From Antedon mediterranea (Eukaryota > Animalia > Echinodermata), in NCBI RefSeq assembly GCF_964355755.1, contig NC_092673.1, positions 13,488,948 through 13,552,947 of the forward strand: DNA of 64,000 nt. Reading direction: 5' to 3'. The stretch's first letter is position 1. Each line of letters begins with the position of its first letter. Below are positions 14,301 through 26,560 of the stretch, in pieces. Under the pieces are notes generated by a model that was given only the letters and a program-made list of their open reading frames with translations, was not told where the DNA came from and searched no databases. A program made the translations under genes and the position numbers.

Positions 14301-15560
14301 GTATTTGTTATATTGTATTGTTTAATTTACTATGATAGCGATGTAATAATGTATACGTATGTATTTGTTATATTGTATTGTTTAATTTACTATGATAGCG
14401 ATGTAATAATGTATACGTATGTATTTGTTATATTGTATTGTTTAATTTACTATGATAGCGATGTAATAATGTATACGTATGTATTTGTTATATTGTATTG
14501 TTTAATTTACTATGATTGATAGCGATGTAATAATGTATACGTATGTATTTGTTATATTATATTGTTTAATTTACTATGATAGCGATGTAATAATGTATAC
14601 GTATGTATTTGTTATATTGCATTGTTTAATTTACTATGATAGCGATGTAATAATGTATACGTATGTATTTGTTATATTGTATTGTTTAATTTACTATGAT
14701 AGCGATGTAATAATGTATACGTATGTATTTGTTATATTGTATTGTTTAATTTACTATGATAGCGATGTAATAATGTAATACGTATGTATTTGTTATATTG
14801 TATTGTTTAATTTACTATGATAGCGATGTAATAATGTATACGTATGTATTTGTTATATTGTATTGTTTAATTTACTATGATAGCGATGTAATAATGTATA
14901 CGTATGTATTTGTTATATTGTATTGTTTAATTTACTATGATAGCGATGTAATAATGTATACGTATGTATTTGTTATATTGTATTGTTTAATTTACTATGA
15001 TAGCGATGTAATAATGTATACGTATGTATTTGTTATATTGTATTGTTTAATTTACTATGATAGCGATGTAATAATGTATACGTATGTATTTGTTATATTG
15101 TATTGTTTAATTTACTATGATAGCGATGTAATAATGTATACGTATGTATTTGTTATATTGTATTGTTTAATTTACTATGATAGCGATGTAATAATGTATA
15201 CGTATGTATTTGTTATATTGTATTGTTTAATTTACTATGATAGCGATGTAATAATGTATACGTATGTATTTGTTATATTGTATTGTTTAATTTACTATGA
15301 TAGCGATGTAATAATGTATACGTATGTATTTGTTATATTGTATTGTTTAATTTACTATGATAGCGATGTAATAATGTATACGTATGTATTTGTTATATTG
15401 TATTGTTTAATTTACTATGATAGCGATGTAATAATGTATACGTATGTATTTGTTATATTGTATTGTTTAATTTACTATGATAGCGATGTAATAATGTATA
15501 CGTATGTATTTGTTATATTGTATTGTTTAATTTACTATGATAGATAATGTAATAATGTAT
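5363..15560. repeat. 60-bp tandem satellite array, about 147 units, interrupted by a hAT element
   Basis: Unit ATGTATACGTATGTATTTGTTATATTGTATTGTTTAATTTACTATGATAGCGATGTAATA repeated almost perfectly, with a few recurrent variants (GCTA..TGCA, AGGTA, TAACGAGG, +1 GATAGACAAT, +1 ATGTAATACG). Confidence 0.99.
6291..7623 (+). mobile_element. Internally deleted hAT element (ZMYM1/THAP12-like C-terminal dimerisation domain) inserted in the satellite
   Basis: 14-bp TIR CAGGGGCGCAGCCA / TGGCTGCGCCCCTG, with TTGTT duplicated on both sides. Internal remnant YYRAVLPNQLLDHLQTELKTRF...DVFPNV...MPVTSAEAERSFSTLWRTKTCLRNHMSYEQLSGLCLMNIH. Confidence 0.9.
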
Positions 15561-15561
15561 C

Positions 15562-15829
15562 GGACCTTTAAAACGAAAACCTAATTGGAAAGATGAAGAA
15601 AAGGAGGTGTTGGTAGCCGAATACGGAAAAATATTTTAAGAGCTGCTTTCGATAGCAAGATAACGTACAAACAAAAAACACAAGCCTTGCAAGAAATAAC
15701 AGCTGCCGTCAAGCAAACAAATCCAACTGCGGACAGGGATTAGCAAAATGTAAAAAAAAATATGGGAAAACCTTGTGTCGCAGGCTATGCAGAACATTAT
15801 GTCGTACAAAAAAGACATAATGCAAACAG
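15562..15829 (+). pseudogene. Myb/SANT-like (NAIF1/MSANTD-type) DNA-binding exon of a PIF/Harbinger element
   Basis: PLKRKPNWKDEEKEVLVAEYGK/ILRAAFDSKITYKQKTQALQEITAAVKQTNPTADRD*QNVKK/WENLVSQAMQNIMSYKKDIMQT followed by a GTAAA donor; frameshifts and a stop. Confidence 0.75.
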
Positions 15830-16081
15830 GTAAAATTAGTTTAATATTATGACTGTTTGTAGTCCTATAAATACGCTTTAAGGCCCAAACCTACAGTAAC
15901 AATAATGTTTTTCGTTAATGTTAATTATTTAATGCTCCATTATTTTTTTATTTCTGGAAGTTTTTGTTGTTCTGATTTATAAAAGAAAATATTATTTTGT
16001 TATTGAGTCCAAAAGTAGTAATAAATATGTATTTATTTTGTGTCTTATTAATTAATTGTAATGTGTCTACTAATCTTTCAG

Positions 16082-16228
16082 GTGCTATCAACAATTTTAG
16101 CAGCACTGCCGCATGCACCAAAAGTCTGTCAAGTGATAGCCGATTTTGAGACGGGAATCTGGTCAGCATTTAGAAAGCTGCTGCTCAGGGGATGCGGATT
16201 CTACTGGGCCCAAGCAATATACAGAAAG
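16082..16228 (+). pseudogene. MULE/Mutator transposase exon fragment
   Basis: TTTCAG...GTAC-bounded exon VLSTILAALPHAPKVCQVIADFETGIWSAFRKLLLRGCGFYWAQAIYRK matches the MULE DFE...GCxFHxxQA motif. Confidence 0.75.
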
Positions 16229-18789
16229 GTACAATATTGTTGTTTATTGTTGCTAAACATGAGCATAGAAGCTGATTACAAATTTTGTTTGTAAACAATT
16301 AAAATGAGCAGTATACGGTTAACCTTTACTTAGAACTTACATTATGACATTGTACTAATTTCTATGCTCAAAAAGAATCACTCATCATGTTACTTCACAA
16401 CGAGATAGTGTAATGTTATTTACATCAGGGGATCATTATTATCTTCAAATTACTGCCTTATGTTGATTTATTAATTACTATTTGTTGATGTATTTATTAA
16501 TTAGTACACTGTAGTATGTATACATTACAAAAATAAAATATGGCATGGCATTAGAACAGCTTATTACAATTAACAACACCAACCCTGTGGTATCCATAAA
16601 AAGCAATGCGTTTGTGCTCCTTACTACCATGTCATTATAATCATAATATTTAATAAACTTAAAGGCTGAATTATCTTGCAATGTCCTTTTTTCAATACTT
16701 TTTATTATTCTGGATGAGGATGGTGTTAAATAAATGGAATATGCCTATAATCAAATGAAAAGTAAATTAAATTTAAACTTGTTTAGAACGCCGATAAACA
16801 ACATATTGATTCAAAGTTTCACGATGGCAATGAAAAAATCGTCGACATGCAAAACAATTTAAAGAAAGGAGAAAAAGAGACTCGGAAACAAGCTATAAAA
16901 TGGGAATGCTAAGCGAGAGCAATAACAAACATGAAAGCAGGCAAATCATCTCATGTTACATAAACGGTAACTTGGAGAGCGACGTGGCTCAAAAAGCCCT
17001 CGCTTTAGCGGAGGGAGACCGTTTTATCGCAACTAATGTGAATAGAGGAGGAGACAATCTCCGCCACTCAAGTAGTTACAAAGTAAACTATCATTCCTTT
17101 TCCAATTAATTTAAACATGTTATGTGTAAAATAAGAAGTCGTATAAAAACATTACACGCAAAATCATTTATTTTTAAAGTAATTTTACTTATAATTTTAA
17201 AATATAAATCTAATTTTACAATTTGTTTTGTGTTTTGATTTTCAGATATTTACGAAAGTTAGTATGATTCCAGTCGACGATAGAGTAATTAAAAACTTTA
17301 CTACATCGAATTTTGTATTTTGCCAGTTAAAAGAAGATTCAGTTGTATTGTAACTGAAGTACAGATGAAAGAGTCTAAAACTAGAGTGCGACGTCAAAAT
17401 GGATGTTGTACTCTGGGGGAAAGTGGCCGAGGAGGAAAATCAACTCTTTATTGGCGAAAATATATCAATAACGGCACTAATAAAAGAAAATAATCGTTTG
17501 GTTTCTTTACTTGTCAAGCAAAATTGAAGTAAATATGAATTTAATATATTAATATACTACGTTCATGCATATTAGTGTGACAATGGAAAATGATTAGTAC
17601 ACATTTTTGTGCTTGGTAAAACATGACAATTGTACTTTGGCGGGGACATTGTATTAATGAAAGTCAGAGTACATTCTGTTTTTAAATTTTATTTTTCAGG
17701 TGTCGGAATCTAAAGAAAAAAAACGGCATTGATGATTCCAATGGGTATGTAAATTTCAGACCACTGCTGCTCAGAGATTATACAATATTAAATATTTCAA
17801 GGTTATTGTCAATTGTTTATATGTTTGTTTATTTTAAGATACCCAATTGAAATGGTTTTAGTGGTGAAAATATTCTTGTGCCAGAAGAGGTGAACTTCAA
17901 TGTAGATGTAGAGTTACCAATAGCAATACAATAGCGAAAGACTGACATATAACATCCATTTCCATTGTAGAGGAGAAATAATTAATAATGATATTTAATT
18001 TGAAATTGTCTATAACCCATTTGGTTTTTCATTTCAAAATTCATTATTGCTAATGCGTAAAAGGTTATTCAATGTTTATTTAATTTTTTTACTGTGTATT
18101 AATAAAAAGTAAATTTAACATGATTTAACTTCATTTAATACATAATAAAACATAATTATCTATATCAAAGCATTCTCAATATACGAAAATAGGTCGAAAA
18201 ACAATAAACATTTAAGGTTTACTGTTTTCCGTCACCTGTTATTATTATATTGCATATTAATTATAATTGTTGAAATTGTTATCATCAAACAAACAATAAC
18301 ATTTTCAAAGAGAAAAACAATAAACAGTCTTTTTTCTTCCAATGTTAATATATTAAACTTGAAATTATGAACTTTCATAATTATGTGAAGATTTTATCAT
18401 AGTAAAAATTATGATTTAGTTTGGTATGTAATCATCTATTCGCATTTTCTTCACCAGGTGCTCATACGGCTCGATGTGTAGTGCAACCGACTTTGGCATG
18501 AGAGGTACCGGTAGGCTGTATAGCTTAGCTAGCTAGGCCTAGCCTAGGTGGCCTAGCGATCGCTGACTTTGGTAGGTTCATGCGTGCAATTGTTTTGTTT
18601 TTGCGTATGAAAAAAACGTTTCAAAACACCAAGGTATCTTAGGTAATAGAAACCATTGATTAAAGTATGATTTTCATAGTTTTATTATTGTCGGCAATGT
18701 GGGTTTTCCGTGTGCCGACTAGGCTATTTCATACACAATTTACATAGCCAGTTGGCAAACTGGGAGTCGGCAAACTGGTCAGCTACCCC

Positions 18790-19300
18790 TGGTAAATGCC
18801 TTTCAAAAGGAATAAACACACAGAAACAGAAACCACACTAGCTCATTTTGCAATGAGAAACATAAGAATAGTACAGAACTAAGTAAATACCGGTATATAT
18901 GGACTCTTAGGGACTCAAATGTGCAATACTCTATTAATGGGAAAATTCTAAAGAAGTGTAAAGCATATTCGAACATTACAAAACGTTGTAATTTATGCCT
19001 GTATGAGAAATATATAATTGTATGTCACCCCATAGAGATATTATCTCTATGGTTACCCCAAACTATGCTTACTGAACAACAGGAACAAGCTGTATCAACA
19101 GTAGGCATAGAAAGAAATTCCTAATTAGTAACAGACAGGAGGTCCGAAACAATAGGCCTTTATAACCCAATAAACAACCGCTTCCTGATTATTCATTAAG
19201 AAGTAGCTATTATATTTTGTGTCATTTATGCTTTGTACATTACCTGATGAGTGTGGCCAGCTTTGCTGGTCATATGAAACAAATTTGTAGTAATAAAGCA
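18790..19300 (+). mobile_element. Penelope-like retroelement 3' fragment (C-terminal region of the GIY-YIG endonuclease ORF)
   Basis: HTSSFCNEKHKNSTELSKY[ins]IWTLRDSNVQYSINGKILKKCKAYSNITKRCNLCLYEKYIIVCHP is typical of PLE ORF ends; a hammerhead motif follows. Confidence 0.8.
19229..19300 (+). ncRNA. Type I hammerhead ribozyme (Penelope-associated)
   Basis: Core CTGATGA at 19244-19250; stem II GTGTGGCCAGC/GCTGGTCATAT; GAAA at 19276-19279; palindromic stem III CAAA/TTTG; GUA cleavage triplet ending at 19289; stem I ATTAC/GTAAT plus TGCTTT/AAAGCA. Confidence 0.85.
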
Positions 19301-19429
19301 CCATGAAGTAACCAAGTTCATAGTTTTTATTTCATTGTATTAAGCTCTACCCATGGTATTGAGCACTTCTCCAGTTGATCTGGCTTTCTACTTAGATATT
19401 AATATAAATTTTAATCTTTTTTTTTTCAG

Positions 19430-20750
19430 ACTGCATCAACACAAGACGAGTGGAAAACAATTTCAAATGATTATTTCCAACAATGGCAGTTTCAAAATTG
19501 TATTGGTTCCATAGATGGGAAACATATCACTATGCAGTGTCCTCCCAAGTCTGGTTCCTACAATTACAAGGGGACCCACTCTATCTTCCTGATGTCATTA
19601 GTTAGGTTCCTATACATTGATGTCGGATGCAACGGAAGGATCAGTGATGGTGGTGTGCTGCGAGAGCATGCTACATCACAATTACATGCATTAATCCAAT
19701 GCTTTCCAGTAAATATGCAACAATACCAGAACCAACATTTTGGCAATCTTGTAATTCCACCACTGCAATGCACCGGATGTTGATGGAGATGGAGAAGGTA
19801 AAAGAAGAAAGAGAGAAAATTAAATTAGAAAAAGAGGTTTTACTTTTTAAAAAAAACAATTAACAACAATTAATAATGAAACAATTAAATAAATAATGAG
19901 TAAGTTGTGGGTTTTCCTATTTAAAACATACTAAATATGATATATGTGATATTTAATATAAATAATATAAATTTTTAAATAGGTGTTAATTCACATATTC
20001 AATCAATTTCTCACCTTAGTAAAATAAATTATTATTGTTTTTCTTATCTCTCCAATTGAGTTTCTTGATTTAAAGAAAATTCTTAGGATTTAAGGGAAAT
20101 TCTTAGGATTTAAGAGAAATATCTCACTTAAGTGAGATTGGTGAATACGGCCACTGGATCGATCCTGCAACAACAAGAAATGCAGCTCCAGGATTGGTTG
20201 CAGAGTATTTCACTAAGATTAGCAATTACGCTTCGTTTTAAAATATACATTTTTTTCATTGAAATCTTATTAGTGTAGGAGTGCTGTTTTAGTTTATAAT
20301 GTATTGCCTCTAATAATATATTAGACAACTGTTGTAAGGAAAGAAAACAGTCAGTTAGGAATAACGTATTATTATTGTTCGGCCACAACCCAATATCAGG
20401 TTCTGAATATTTTAATTAGAAAAATTCATTCAGCCTTGTATTGATGGCCCTGGTAGATTTGTCATAAAAATTGTTATATGTCAACTTGATGTGTATCTGA
20501 TGTGGTGTATTCTCCAAATGCTCATTAGAAAAGGGGCTTAAAAACAATGCAATTGGAGTGCCAAACTCAAGTCCATTACCTGGAACAAGTGCAACAGTCC
20601 CATTACATGATTGTTGCAGATGGTGCATTTCCATTGCGAGAGGACATCATGAAACCACATCATCTGAGGCATTTGACAAAAGATCAGAGAGTATTTAATT
20701 ACCGTCTTTTAAGAGCTAAAAGAGTTTCAGAAAATGCATTTGGGATTTGG
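19430..20750 (+). pseudogene. PIF/Harbinger (HARBI1-like) transposase in two pieces (19430-19665 and about 20510-20750)
   Basis: EWKTISNDYFQQWQFQNCIGSIDGKHITMQCPPKSGSYNYKGTHSIFLM...DVGCNGRISDGGV and YMIVADGAFPLREDIMKP...RVFNYRLLRAKRVSENAFGI. Confidence 0.85.
19770..20153 (+). mobile_element. Probable 3' end of another Harbinger element (coiled-coil tail and terminal repeats)
   Basis: MEMEKVKEEREKIKLEKEVLLL-type tail; repeated TTCTTAGGATTTAAG; 18-bp palindrome ATCTCACTTAAGTGAGAT (20121-20138); ending GTGAATACGGCC. Confidence 0.45.
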
Positions 20751-21569
20751 GAATCAACCCCGGCATTCTCTCCATATTTTTGCTGCCCCTTATCCTCTAG
20801 ACCAATAATTCCTAGAATCACCTAAATTCATTACAGTATATTTTGATCTACAGTGAAACAGATAAAGCAGGATCTTCAGTAAGTCTAGATTTACACTATG
20901 AACTGACTTTGGGTTTTCTTTTTAAATAAGATAGAACATAATAATTTACCTATACAGTAATGTGAAAAATAAATAATTTATCATTTTATTTTAAAGGTCG
21001 GCATTTTTGTTTTCCTTTCCTTCCTATTTTTCCCACAAAATGAATAAATTATATCACTGATTAGTATCTAATTACACATTATCTTTCCTTCACATAAGTT
21101 TTGTTATATCCTAAACATTTCAAAAGCTTTAAAGCTATGTGCCAGGGTCTTGATTTCCAGAGGGCTATTCAGTTATCTGACAAAAATCAAGAAATAACAC
21201 CCTTGGAAAAGACTTATAATAAAGTTATTCAAAGGGATTGTAAAGGTAGCATTAGGAAATTTCCAAAGAACTACAATATTCTGTAGATTTCTCTTGTTAT
21301 TTTTTATGTTAATGAAGATGTCAAAACCTTTCTGAAATGATATAGGAAATTAAAGCAAAGAAAAATGGGATACAGTTCAAGTAGATAAATTAATTAGTTA
21401 TGAGATCAAACTGAAACCTGGACAGGGCCCACTTTGTCTGATCTGGATGATACATTAAAAAATTGTAATGTATGTCGGGCAATAATTTGTTGAAAATCAC
21501 ATGATGCATAAGTGTTACTGTAATATATTAAAATGATATAATGTTGACGTCACTACACACAACAAAATG

Positions 21570-21905
21570 ATGATAACAAGGGCGAATAGAAATTTATCAT
21601 CCCTACACAAATAAGCTATCACAGATCATGCAATAAGAAATGACCATGTACCCAATTGGAAAGTAAAGGTTATCAAAAAGGAATCACAGATAGAAGAAAT
21701 ATTAAAGAAGCCACATGCATATGGAAAAGACAATATCATTAGAGACGTCTACTGAAGAAAATTGATGCAGCAGGGGGGGGGGGGGGGCAAGCGGAAACGC
21801 TTAATCGTCAACAACAGGACTGGTGGCGCTACACAGCGTCTACAAGACTGTACAGATCATTCCAAACAGTAGTTTAAAGAAGTTGACAGTATATCAACGA
21901 ATTGT
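21570..21905 (+). mobile_element. Second degraded Penelope-like 3' fragment
   Basis: AITDHAIRNDHVPNW-KVKVIKKES...IKEATCIWK resembles a PLE GIY-YIG C-terminus; a decayed hammerhead-like stem GTTGA/TCAAC sits near 21882-21898. Confidence 0.5.
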
Positions 21906-24900
21906 GTATGTATTTTTGTTCGTTCAAACAGTTATAGTCGGAACCATATTCAAAGCATCTTAACCATTTTATGCTATACATTCAATTTAGTAAAGTTTTT
22001 TTTCACCTCGTCTGAAAAACAAAAGGTACCCTGTATACAAAGAAGTCAGGCTGTGAAGTATGTCGTGCATAGCCATTTTTCACAAGTTGATATTAACAAT
22101 TCAGTTGACATTTGTGCACATTGGGGAATAAAATGAAAATTATGGCTGACTGCAGTAGAATGTACACAAATCACTGCTTGCGAGCGACAACAGTGACTGT
22201 ATTAAATCGTGCTGATTTTAATAACAGTGAGTGTAACAGATCACAAGGCTGAATTGTTACTAAAACATTATGTTATTAATTACCAGCTCGATAAGATGAA
22301 AAAAAAAAGGATGAGTTGAAAAATAGCAGATGATGCAAAAGCCAAACAATCCAAAATTTATAGCAATTTATATATTATTAACTATAAATTAGTTCAAACG
22401 AGAGTATTACATCCTGCATTTAGTGGCAAGCCAACAAAAATAATATAAACAATAAAGGAACAATATAAAAAAAACAAGGTACAGGAATGTAGAATGTTTG
22501 ATATGACCAAACCAATATCAATGATCACAACCCAGATAATAAAATGACATGAACAATTTTACAGAAAAGTGACATAAATCCAAATGTACAGTGTGGTGTA
22601 GAAAGATATTTCGAGGAATTATAAGTTGAATACATTATATTGTTGGTATGAAAATAAAGAAACTAACAGTTGTGTTCTATCCATTTAATTTGTCATTGAT
22701 GAATCTGTATAGGTGATCGCCAGAATTATTAGAATTTTAATCCCAAAAGAAAACATGGAAAAAAGTGGGAAATAATCTGAAACGATTCTAGAGAAGGTGC
22801 TGTTAAATGAAAAGAAATGATTGTCAGCCAGTATTGCAATGAAGGACAAATATTAAATTTAATATATTTGCCTCTTGTTTCAAATGCAAAGCTTCATTAT
22901 TTACATGGTACATGTACGATTCAAAAAACAAAATAAATAATTTCTTTCTGTACAATGTTATGCTAAAATTCCTTTTTTCATTGTATAATCACATTTTCAG
23001 TTAAATTATGTTATTATTTAGCTGTATATTTATTATTTTTTTCATAGTATATTGTGAATTTGTTACTTTCAATACAATCAATGTGTATTGTATTTATTGG
23101 TTAATTTTAAGCAAAGCCCTTTAGACCCAATATCTCATCTTTTTTCCAACTTGTAATTTATTTGATCAGTCTTCAATTGAGAAAAAACAGTTTCGGTTCT
23201 TTTTATAAAATCAACTTCCACTTCATTAAGACCATCTGAAATTGTATATTTGTATAATATGGTAACTTTTTTCTTTTCTTTCTATTTCAATACAACTGGA
23301 GAGAGCATAGCTGTGGTTGAGTCGTGTTTATAAAGCAAACAATGTCAGCTCTTTTTAATAATCAACTTTCACTCTGTGAATCCATTTAAAATATAAATTT
23401 CTCTAAGCATTTCTATATTCAGGCAACCTCTTCTTTTTCCTCTTGTGTAGCATAACTGAAAAGAATACATATTTCAGAAGCTCTATATACTGAAGATCAG
23501 GTTTGCAGTCCTTTTAAAGTTCTTCAGACACCATAGAAGTTGATGCAACAGTTGTCATCATCGTTTTATTATTAAGCTCTTGGCATGCTAGTTGATACTT
23601 CAATTTTATAGCCCAAATTGAAGTTGTTATTCCAGTTGATATTCCAGTTTTTCTTAAAACTTCATTTCAATATGAATATTTGTTAATACTCAACCGCGTT
23701 CTTCAGTTTTATATAATTTCCTTTATAGTATTAAAAAATCATTGAGGAGGCTAATGATCAGAAAAAAAAATGCCTACAAATAATCATTTTCATCTACTTG
23801 TTTATCTCATTGAAATGCAGTCCATCACTTAATTAGTTGAATTTCTTGTTTGAGATTGCAACTCATTCCACAGAGCTGGTAAGTTTGGTATTTTGAAAAT
23901 TTGTGAGATAATGGGATTCAAGAGCAATGCCATCAAATATAAAACCAAATAAAACAAAATCCAATAATAATAATAAATATAATTTTGTTCTTTAAACAAT
24001 ATTATCTTTACTATTTCTGTTTCTATGCTAATAAAAAAAGAAATATATTATTATCTATTTGTACACTTGAACCAATATAAATTAAAAAGTAAAATAAGCT
24101 AACATTTGTGAGGCGTAGTTTTATGCAATCATTGCAATACAAAGTCAAAAGGGACAAACAAAAAAACAAAACTACAGAGGCAAAAGAATACAGAAAATTG
24201 AAGGTATGATCTAGATACTGTAGGTTTAAAAGGTTCTGATAATATTTGTAACTTTACAACATTAAATACCCACAATTTATTGGAAAAGATAACAACTTCT
24301 TCATCTGGAAGTATTTTCTACAGATTTTGATTCTCCAAAAATGTATTTCAGTCAAGAAGGAGTAAATTGTGGTAGCAGACCATTAGCCAATTGATCTATC
24401 CAAGGCCTCCTCTCAGTTACAGGCCAGTGCCGAAAGGCACATACTATCATATGAAGATAGGAAGGAAGCAGGTAAACAGTTTTTTTAAACCTAAATCACA
24501 GAAAAAGTCTTGCATATCAGAAAGTGCTTCATCTCCTCATGCTGCTACTGGCTATGAACAATGTATGCCAAAATGGTGTTCGAGCAAATGCCACCTTAAG
24601 CCAATATTATCAAAGGACAGCTGCTACAAATTACATCTCTGTTTGAAAGTTATAAATTATAAATTGTTTGTTGCATTCTTTCAACAACTACAACAACAAA
24701 ATATGAAGTCGATGAAACAAGCTACAGAACAATAAGAATATAATGTGAATTATAAAACATTAATTACCTTAGCAATTTTGCTATGCAATAGTTTATTATT
24801 ATTTACTTTAAGTGATTTTGTAGGTATCAAAACATAAAACATCCAGTAAATTTGGATTAACAGCCAACCAAGTACCAAACAATAACAATTCTTCAAATGT

Positions 24901-25079
24901 ATCTAATGTTTGTAGGTAGTCAACCTTTCACTTGTTGGTAGAAAGACAGTATATACCACAAAAAGTGGAGTATGACATATTTTCAAGCCTGCAGTTGCGA
25001 AACGTTTTAATTGGAGCGGGACGAAAGTGAAGAATTAAAGGTTGTAATGGGTAAGGTGTATTTATGGAAATGAAACAGA

Positions 25080-25350
25080 AAGAAAGAAAAGTGATTCTTT
25101 GTTTGAAGACGCAATTCAAAATGATTTTTATGAGCAAGATGACATTATTTGTATGTGCCCCAGAAAATACCAAACTGAAATCATGCAAGCTCATTGGTCA
25201 AATGAAAGCGTTACTATTTTTACAGTGATTGTATACAAAGGAGAACATGATGTACCTGAACACATTCCATACTCTATCATATCGGACGATTTAAAACATG
25301 ACAAGGTTTCTGTTTGTAATTTTAACAAAGTAATAATAGAAGGTGCACAG
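25080..25350 (+). pseudogene. Sola2-like DDD transposase fragment
   Basis: YQTEIMQAHWSNESVTIFTVIVY...YSIISDDLKHDKVSV resembles the QxExQxxHW...T...IISDxLxHD motif that follows the first catalytic D in Sola-type transposases. That D region itself is deleted. Confidence 0.5.
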
Positions 25351-26182
25351 GGTAAAACCTACATTTTGTAAAACCAGTTAGTAGCTGTGAAATTGGTTTA
25401 TGCCAATAATTATTTTCTGTTGAAAATCATTATTAATTAAATAATAACTGGAGCTCCCTAAATTAACGGTTCCAAAAGCAATCTTAAAGTCAGGGATTTT
25501 GTTGAAGATGTACATACTTTCTTGGGTCATAATTTTGAACATTGACTCGTATGAATTAGAGGTTAGCTTTCCAAGAAGCAATATAAATAACAGAACATTT
25601 ATATCATCATGGGTAGCTAAGATAGAGTATAAGTGAACAACTCCTACACCAATTTTGGATGCAAGGGGGATTTACAGTACGTGTTTGATATTCAAGGTAG
25701 TTTAAATGCTAATGTCATTCTCAATAATGAATTCTTTTTAAAAAATGTAATCATTTTGTTTGCATCCATAACACCTTAATAAGTAATCACATATATCCTT
25801 TTTGGACATGAAATGATTGATTTTGTAAATAAATAATTATTTGAAAGGATGATAACTTATTTTTTAGGTCTATTGTGAATGAGACAAAATTGTAGTGTCT
25901 GTGGCGTTTATAAATGTAATTTCCGTGACACTGATAACAATTTTTTTGTGGCTATGACAAGAACAACTAAAAGAACAACATCTAAATACTGTATGTGATA
26001 TATGAAGGAATAATTGATAATTAAAGAAATTGAATTTATAATAAATTTATATTTCTAGTTATTGTACTGAAAAAACCATGTGACTATTAACATTAGTTAG
26101 TTAGTTATTAAATTAGTAAATTAGTTAAAAGAGACTAATTTTATAACCTGTTTATTCTTCAGGACCAGTAACATGAACAATT

Positions 26183-26405
26183 TTGTTAAAAGAAATAATG
26201 GTTCCTGAGCCATTTAAGGTTAAGTCTAGGACGCAACAACAAAGATCGACATGGAGAGAAATCGCAGCAAAAATGAACAAGCAGATCAACTTTAAAGGAG
26301 ATGGAAGAGCAATTAGGGATCGATGGAATGAATTGGAAGCAAAAGGTATCAAAAAACAAAATGAAGAAGAAAAGGCTAGTGGAATGAACCCAGAAGAGAT
26401 TAGAT

Positions 26406-26448
<43 letters not shown>

Positions 26449-26560
26449 TGTGGAGATGTTGAAGGAAGAGGTAAGTGATTATTGAAAGAAGGTCTTAGAT
26501 GGGGAGGAAAAGAGAAAGTGTAGCTTGGAGACATTCGCAAAAACAAGAAAAAGGTAAGCA
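26183..26560 (+). pseudogene. Myb/SANT-like accessory protein fragment of a Harbinger-type element
   Basis: LLKEIMVPEPFKVKSRTQQQRSTWREIAAKMNKQINFKGDGRAIRDRWNEL...EEKASG; interrupted by (GA)n. Confidence 0.6.
26410..26445. repeat. (GA)n microsatellite
   Basis: About 18 GA units, read directly. Confidence 0.95.

Noticed and set aside
5393-15547. Many ORFs of a repeating 20-aa peptide YCLIYYDSDVIMYTYVFVIL
   Set aside because: A by-product of a 60-bp unit that has one stop-free frame. Frequent +1 indel variants break the frame, so there is no sign of coding constraint.
5363-15560. Possible CRISPR-like array
   Set aside because: Units are contiguous and near-identical with no unique spacers; no cas genes; eukaryotic context.
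21773-21787. G15 run as a G-quadruplex element
   Set aside because: A simple homopolymer inside Penelope debris, with no further support.
21873-21905. Second hammerhead ribozyme
   Set aside because: Stem II is visible but the core is mutated (TAAAGA and GAAT instead of CTGANGA and GAAA); at most a dead relic.
22500-23950. Possible L1/Tx1-like ORF2 relic on the minus strand
   Set aside because: Only faint motifs (SDH, DGL..FYK); too degraded to support a call.
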